Shown in pieces: positions 43,915-46,526 of a stretch of 46,526 bases of DNA (position 1 is the first letter of the stretch; every line of letters starts with the position of its first letter). This stretch comes from a virus, in the IMG/VR virus record IMGVR_UViG_3300014803_000005, one strand, 5' to 3'. The position numbers were made by a program, and so were the translations under genes. The notes below the pieces were generated by a model that did no database searches, was not told the DNA's origin, and saw nothing but the letters and a program-made list of their open reading frames with translations.

Positions 43915-45051
43915 TTATTGTTTAAATAAGTTCTTAAATATAAAATATAGCACATTCACAACAATAGAATTTCCTGCCATTTTATATTGCTGTGTTTTAC
44001 TTATTCCGGAATTTTGGATTTTATTTATATTTTCATCAGAAACATCCATTAAACGAAAACATTCTTTTTCAGTCAGTTTTCTAATACGAAAATATTTATT
44101 ATTAATAGGTTCATACAATAAATTATCTTTTTGAACTGTTGTTATTGTATTACTTATTCCGTCTGTTCTTGGTTCTAATATAGTCATATTATGCCTACTC
44201 TCTTTAAAATCTCCATTTTCGTATGCTTTACGCATTTTCTTCCCGTATTCGGTTCGTTTAGGGGTTAAAACATTTGGTTCTAATGGTTCAATTATATAAT
44301 TATCATCTAATCTATCGTTTGGGTGTGTTAGAATTGTTTTTGCTATACAATCCCCATTTGTGGGCTTAAATGTAAATCCATTCCCTTTTTCTCTTTGTAT
44401 CTCATTTTTTCTTATAAACGGCGACAAACAACGTTGGCTTAAATAATATCTATCATCAACATTTTCATCCAATAAATCTTTTAATTTTTTATCAGACTGA
44501 AAAGGTTTAGGGAAATCAAACCACGCATCCCCCAATATACTAACCATAAATACACGTTCTCTATTTTGAGGAACTCCAAAATTTTTTGAATTTAGTATTT
44601 GAGTAAAATTAGTATATCCCATTTCCGTTAAAAAAGAGTGCCATTTATGCAAATATGGCAAAAACTTTTTCTGTGTTAATGCTTTTACATTTTCCATTAA
44701 TAGATATTTTGGGCGTTTTAATTCAATAGCCTTTTTACATTCCCATAAAAGCCCGCTTCTTGTTCCGCTTCCCTCTTCCAATCCTTTTTGTTGCCCTGCG
44801 CTTGATATGTCAGTACATGGGAAAGAATATGTAAACAAGTCAAAATCGGGAACATTTTCCCAATCTATTTTTGATATATCGCCAAAATTTCTATCCTTAT
44901 ATTGTGGATAAATTGCATTATGTGCCATGATCGCATATTTATCTATTTCCGACCATCCTACCAATTCATAATTAATTTTCATTCTATCTAATGCCATACA
45001 TTGACTATCATAACCGCTAAATGCTGTAAATACTTTTAATGTCATATCCAA
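43915..45051 (-). CDS. DNA (cytosine-5) methyltransferase
   Basis: Motif I FSGYDS, motif IV FPCTDIS, motif VI LMENV, motif VIII QNRERVF, motif X GNSIVVNV. Confidence 0.9.
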   Translation of the reverse strand: MDMTLKVFTAFSGYDSQCMALDRMKINYELVGWSEIDKYAIMAHNAIYPQYKDRNFGDISKIDWENVPDFDLFTYSFPCTDISSAGQQKGLEEGSGTRSGLLWECKKAIELKRPKYLLMENVKALTQKKFLPYLHKWHSFLTEMGYTNFTQILNSKNFGVPQNRERVFMVSILGDAWFDFPKPFQSDKKLKDLLDENVDDRYYLSQRCLSPFIRKNEIQREKGNGFTFKPTNGDCIAKTILTHPNDRLDDNYIIEPLEPNVLTPKRTEYGKKMRKAYENGDFKESRHNMTILEPRTDGISNTITTVQKDNLLYEPINNKYFRIRKLTEKECFRLMDVSDENINKIQNSGISKTQQYKMAGNSIVVNVLYFIFKNLFKQ

Positions 45052-45980
45052 AACTTCATGTAGTTATCAACTTGCATTTCCTCGGCAATCATCCGGTCAA
45101 ATGCTTTTATAATCTCTTTTTTCCGGGCAACCTCAAACGCCGTAAAATCAATTTCCGGGCTTTCGGTTCCTTTTCGGCGAACTTGAAACGCTGTATATTG
45201 GTTTATCATTCCACGGGCTACACGCTGCATATACCGGGCAAACGCTTCTTTGCGGTCGTCCTCTTTAACTTGTACATCATCAGCTAACCCGCATTTTTGC
45301 AACCATTCATACAAAAACATATCATCAGTTAGCCCCAATATTAATTTCCCGGTGTATTTGTAGCAAAGGAAAATATAACGGTTCCGCCATTGTCTTTGTA
45401 TCTCAAATCTCCGGATTTGCTCCGGCGAAATTTCATTGTTTTTTTCCGGTATAGCTTTGTATGCTTTGTCAATTACATCTGTCTGCTTTTGCTTGTATGC
45501 TTTCAGAATCTTTGCAAAGTAATCGGCGTTGAACTGTTGATAATGGTTTTTGTCCGGATTCCCTTGTTTATCTTTCGGCAAATATTCGTCTAACTCTCCG
45601 GTCGTCGCCAATTCAAAAGCCATCTTAATATCAGCCAACGTCATATCTGAGTAATAACGTTTCAGAATATCCAACAACCGGGATTGTATATAATTCCAAT
45701 CATTTTCATTCTGTGGTATTATATAACCAACGTCTATTGCTATACGCTTAAACAGTAACGAAAGATTTTCACCTAATTTTGCATCGTCAATTTCCGCAAT
45801 TGGTGTTTTTGTTGACGCTGCGAAAACATATTTTTCAACTGGGTTTAATGCTTTGGCAACCTCCGGCAATTGCACCATTCTACGGCGTACTTCAATGGCT
45901 TTTGTTCCGGGCTTGGTATTATATATTTCTAACGCCGTATTTTCTTTTTTTTCAATTGCTCCCATATCAATCAAAATCAT
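45042..45980 (-). CDS. Hypothetical protein in the replication module (312 aa), downstream of and overlapping the initiator-like gene
   Basis: Long ORF with no Walker motif seen. Assigned to the module by position only. Confidence 0.6.
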   Translation of the reverse strand: MILIDMGAIEKKENTALEIYNTKPGTKAIEVRRRMVQLPEVAKALNPVEKYVFAASTKTPIAEIDDAKLGENLSLLFKRIAIDVGYIIPQNENDWNYIQSRLLDILKRYYSDMTLADIKMAFELATTGELDEYLPKDKQGNPDKNHYQQFNADYFAKILKAYKQKQTDVIDKAYKAIPEKNNEISPEQIRRFEIQRQWRNRYIFLCYKYTGKLILGLTDDMFLYEWLQKCGLADDVQVKEDDRKEAFARYMQRVARGMINQYTAFQVRRKGTESPEIDFTAFEVARKKEIIKAFDRMIAEEMQVDNYMKFWI

Positions 45981-46449
45981 TGTTTAAATACTTCATCATA
46001 TCCGCAATTTCTTTGCTGCTTTGCTGCTCTGTCTTTACGGAACGTTTCATTTTTTCCCATTTTTCGTATTTTTCGGGGGTTGAATCATATTCTAACGCCG
46101 CCCAACCTTTTGAAATGCTTTCTTTTATCAGAATCAGCGCAAATTCTTCCGGGTATTTACTCAAACCATTTAAGTTTGCTTGTATCGCTGAAAAACTCTT
46201 TTGCGACGTTCTCCATTTCGGTTGACACATCAAAATATAAAAGTTCCGTTTAAATTCATCGCTATCAAATGGGAATACAAGTTTTGCAAAGTAATTATCA
46301 ACTTTATCAATTACTTGTTTTCTGACGTCCAACAATTCCGGGGTAAACCCATAAACAATACTTGCTTTAACTGTTTTTTCTTCGTTTGAAAAATTGTCTT
46401 GTGAAAATCCGTTTGGATTTTCTTTTGAGGCTTTAGCCTCTTTCTTCAC
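45967..46449 (-). CDS. C-terminal 160 codons of the initiator-like gene that begins at base 468 (continuous across the circular junction)
   Basis: The 'start' at 46449 in the ORF track is a GTG that is in frame with codon 3..1 of the window (base 1 = 46450). Confidence 0.6.
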   Translation of the reverse strand: MKKEAKASKENPNGFSQDNFSNEEKTVKASIVYGFTPELLDVRKQVIDKVDNYFAKLVFPFDSDEFKRNFYILMCQPKWRTSQKSFSAIQANLNGLSKYPEEFALILIKESISKGWAALEYDSTPEKYEKWEKMKRSVKTEQQSSKEIADMMKYLNNDFD

Positions 46450-46526
46450 AGTATTATTAATATTATTATTATTAATATTATAGTCTTGTAGTCCGTTTTC
46501 GGACTGATTAAAGTCCGTTTTCGGAC
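46450..46526. repeat. Second copy of the 77-bp terminal overlap (same as bases 1-77)
   Basis: Direct comparison of the two window ends. Confidence 0.95.

Noticed and set aside
43845-43955. N-terminal extensions given by the ORF track (RuvC-like 43955, HNH-2 22961, 19801, 19977, 5911, 32034, 34249, 43357, 3324, 27715)
   Set aside because: The extended starts overlap the upstream gene substantially or lie inside promoter boxes. The added residues look non-genic. Internal ATGs give tight ATGA or short-gap junctions and begin at the conserved motif.

Overview
The window is a complete ~46.45-kb genome of a tailed, siphovirus-like phage. Bases 1-77 are identical to 46450-46526, and one ORF reads in frame across that junction, so the sequence closes into a circle. 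About 65 genes are present, all on the minus strand, and many are coupled by ATGA or short overlaps. The host is probably a member of Bacteroidota. The evidence is several minus-strand promoters matching the TTTG-N19/20-TAnnTTTG architecture, an almost complete lack of Shine-Dalgarno sequences, a DUF2400/TIGR02757-like gene, and a lipoprotein with acidic residues after the lipobox Cys.

Modules in transcription order (descending coordinates):
- Replication, recombination and accessory genes (468 -> wrap -> ~31347). These are an initiator-like gene with internal iterons, a C5 DNA methyltransferase, a RuvC-like resolvase, an SbcC/Rad50-like ATPase and a DUF2400 HhH-GPD-like protein. They also include a DEDDh exonuclease, a NinG-like nuclease, SSB, a SplB-like radical-SAM protein, an ASCH protein and a lipoprotein.
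- Late module (31004 -> 6824). These are terS, terL, portal, scaffold, major capsid, neck and tail genes, a 1217-aa tape measure, baseplate genes, a 1014-aa tail fibre ending in an SGNH esterase domain, holin, amidase endolysin and a spanin-like anchor protein.
- Small early genes (6150 -> 594). These are separated by repeated terminator-promoter cassettes and are followed by an XRE regulator and a PD-(D/E)XK nuclease.

Five paralogous HNH homing-endonuclease genes are scattered through the genome. I saw no integrase, tRNA, CRISPR array, reverse transcriptase, DNA polymerase, helicase or primase.

All functional calls come from motifs I recognised by eye in the supplied translations. No database search was run.
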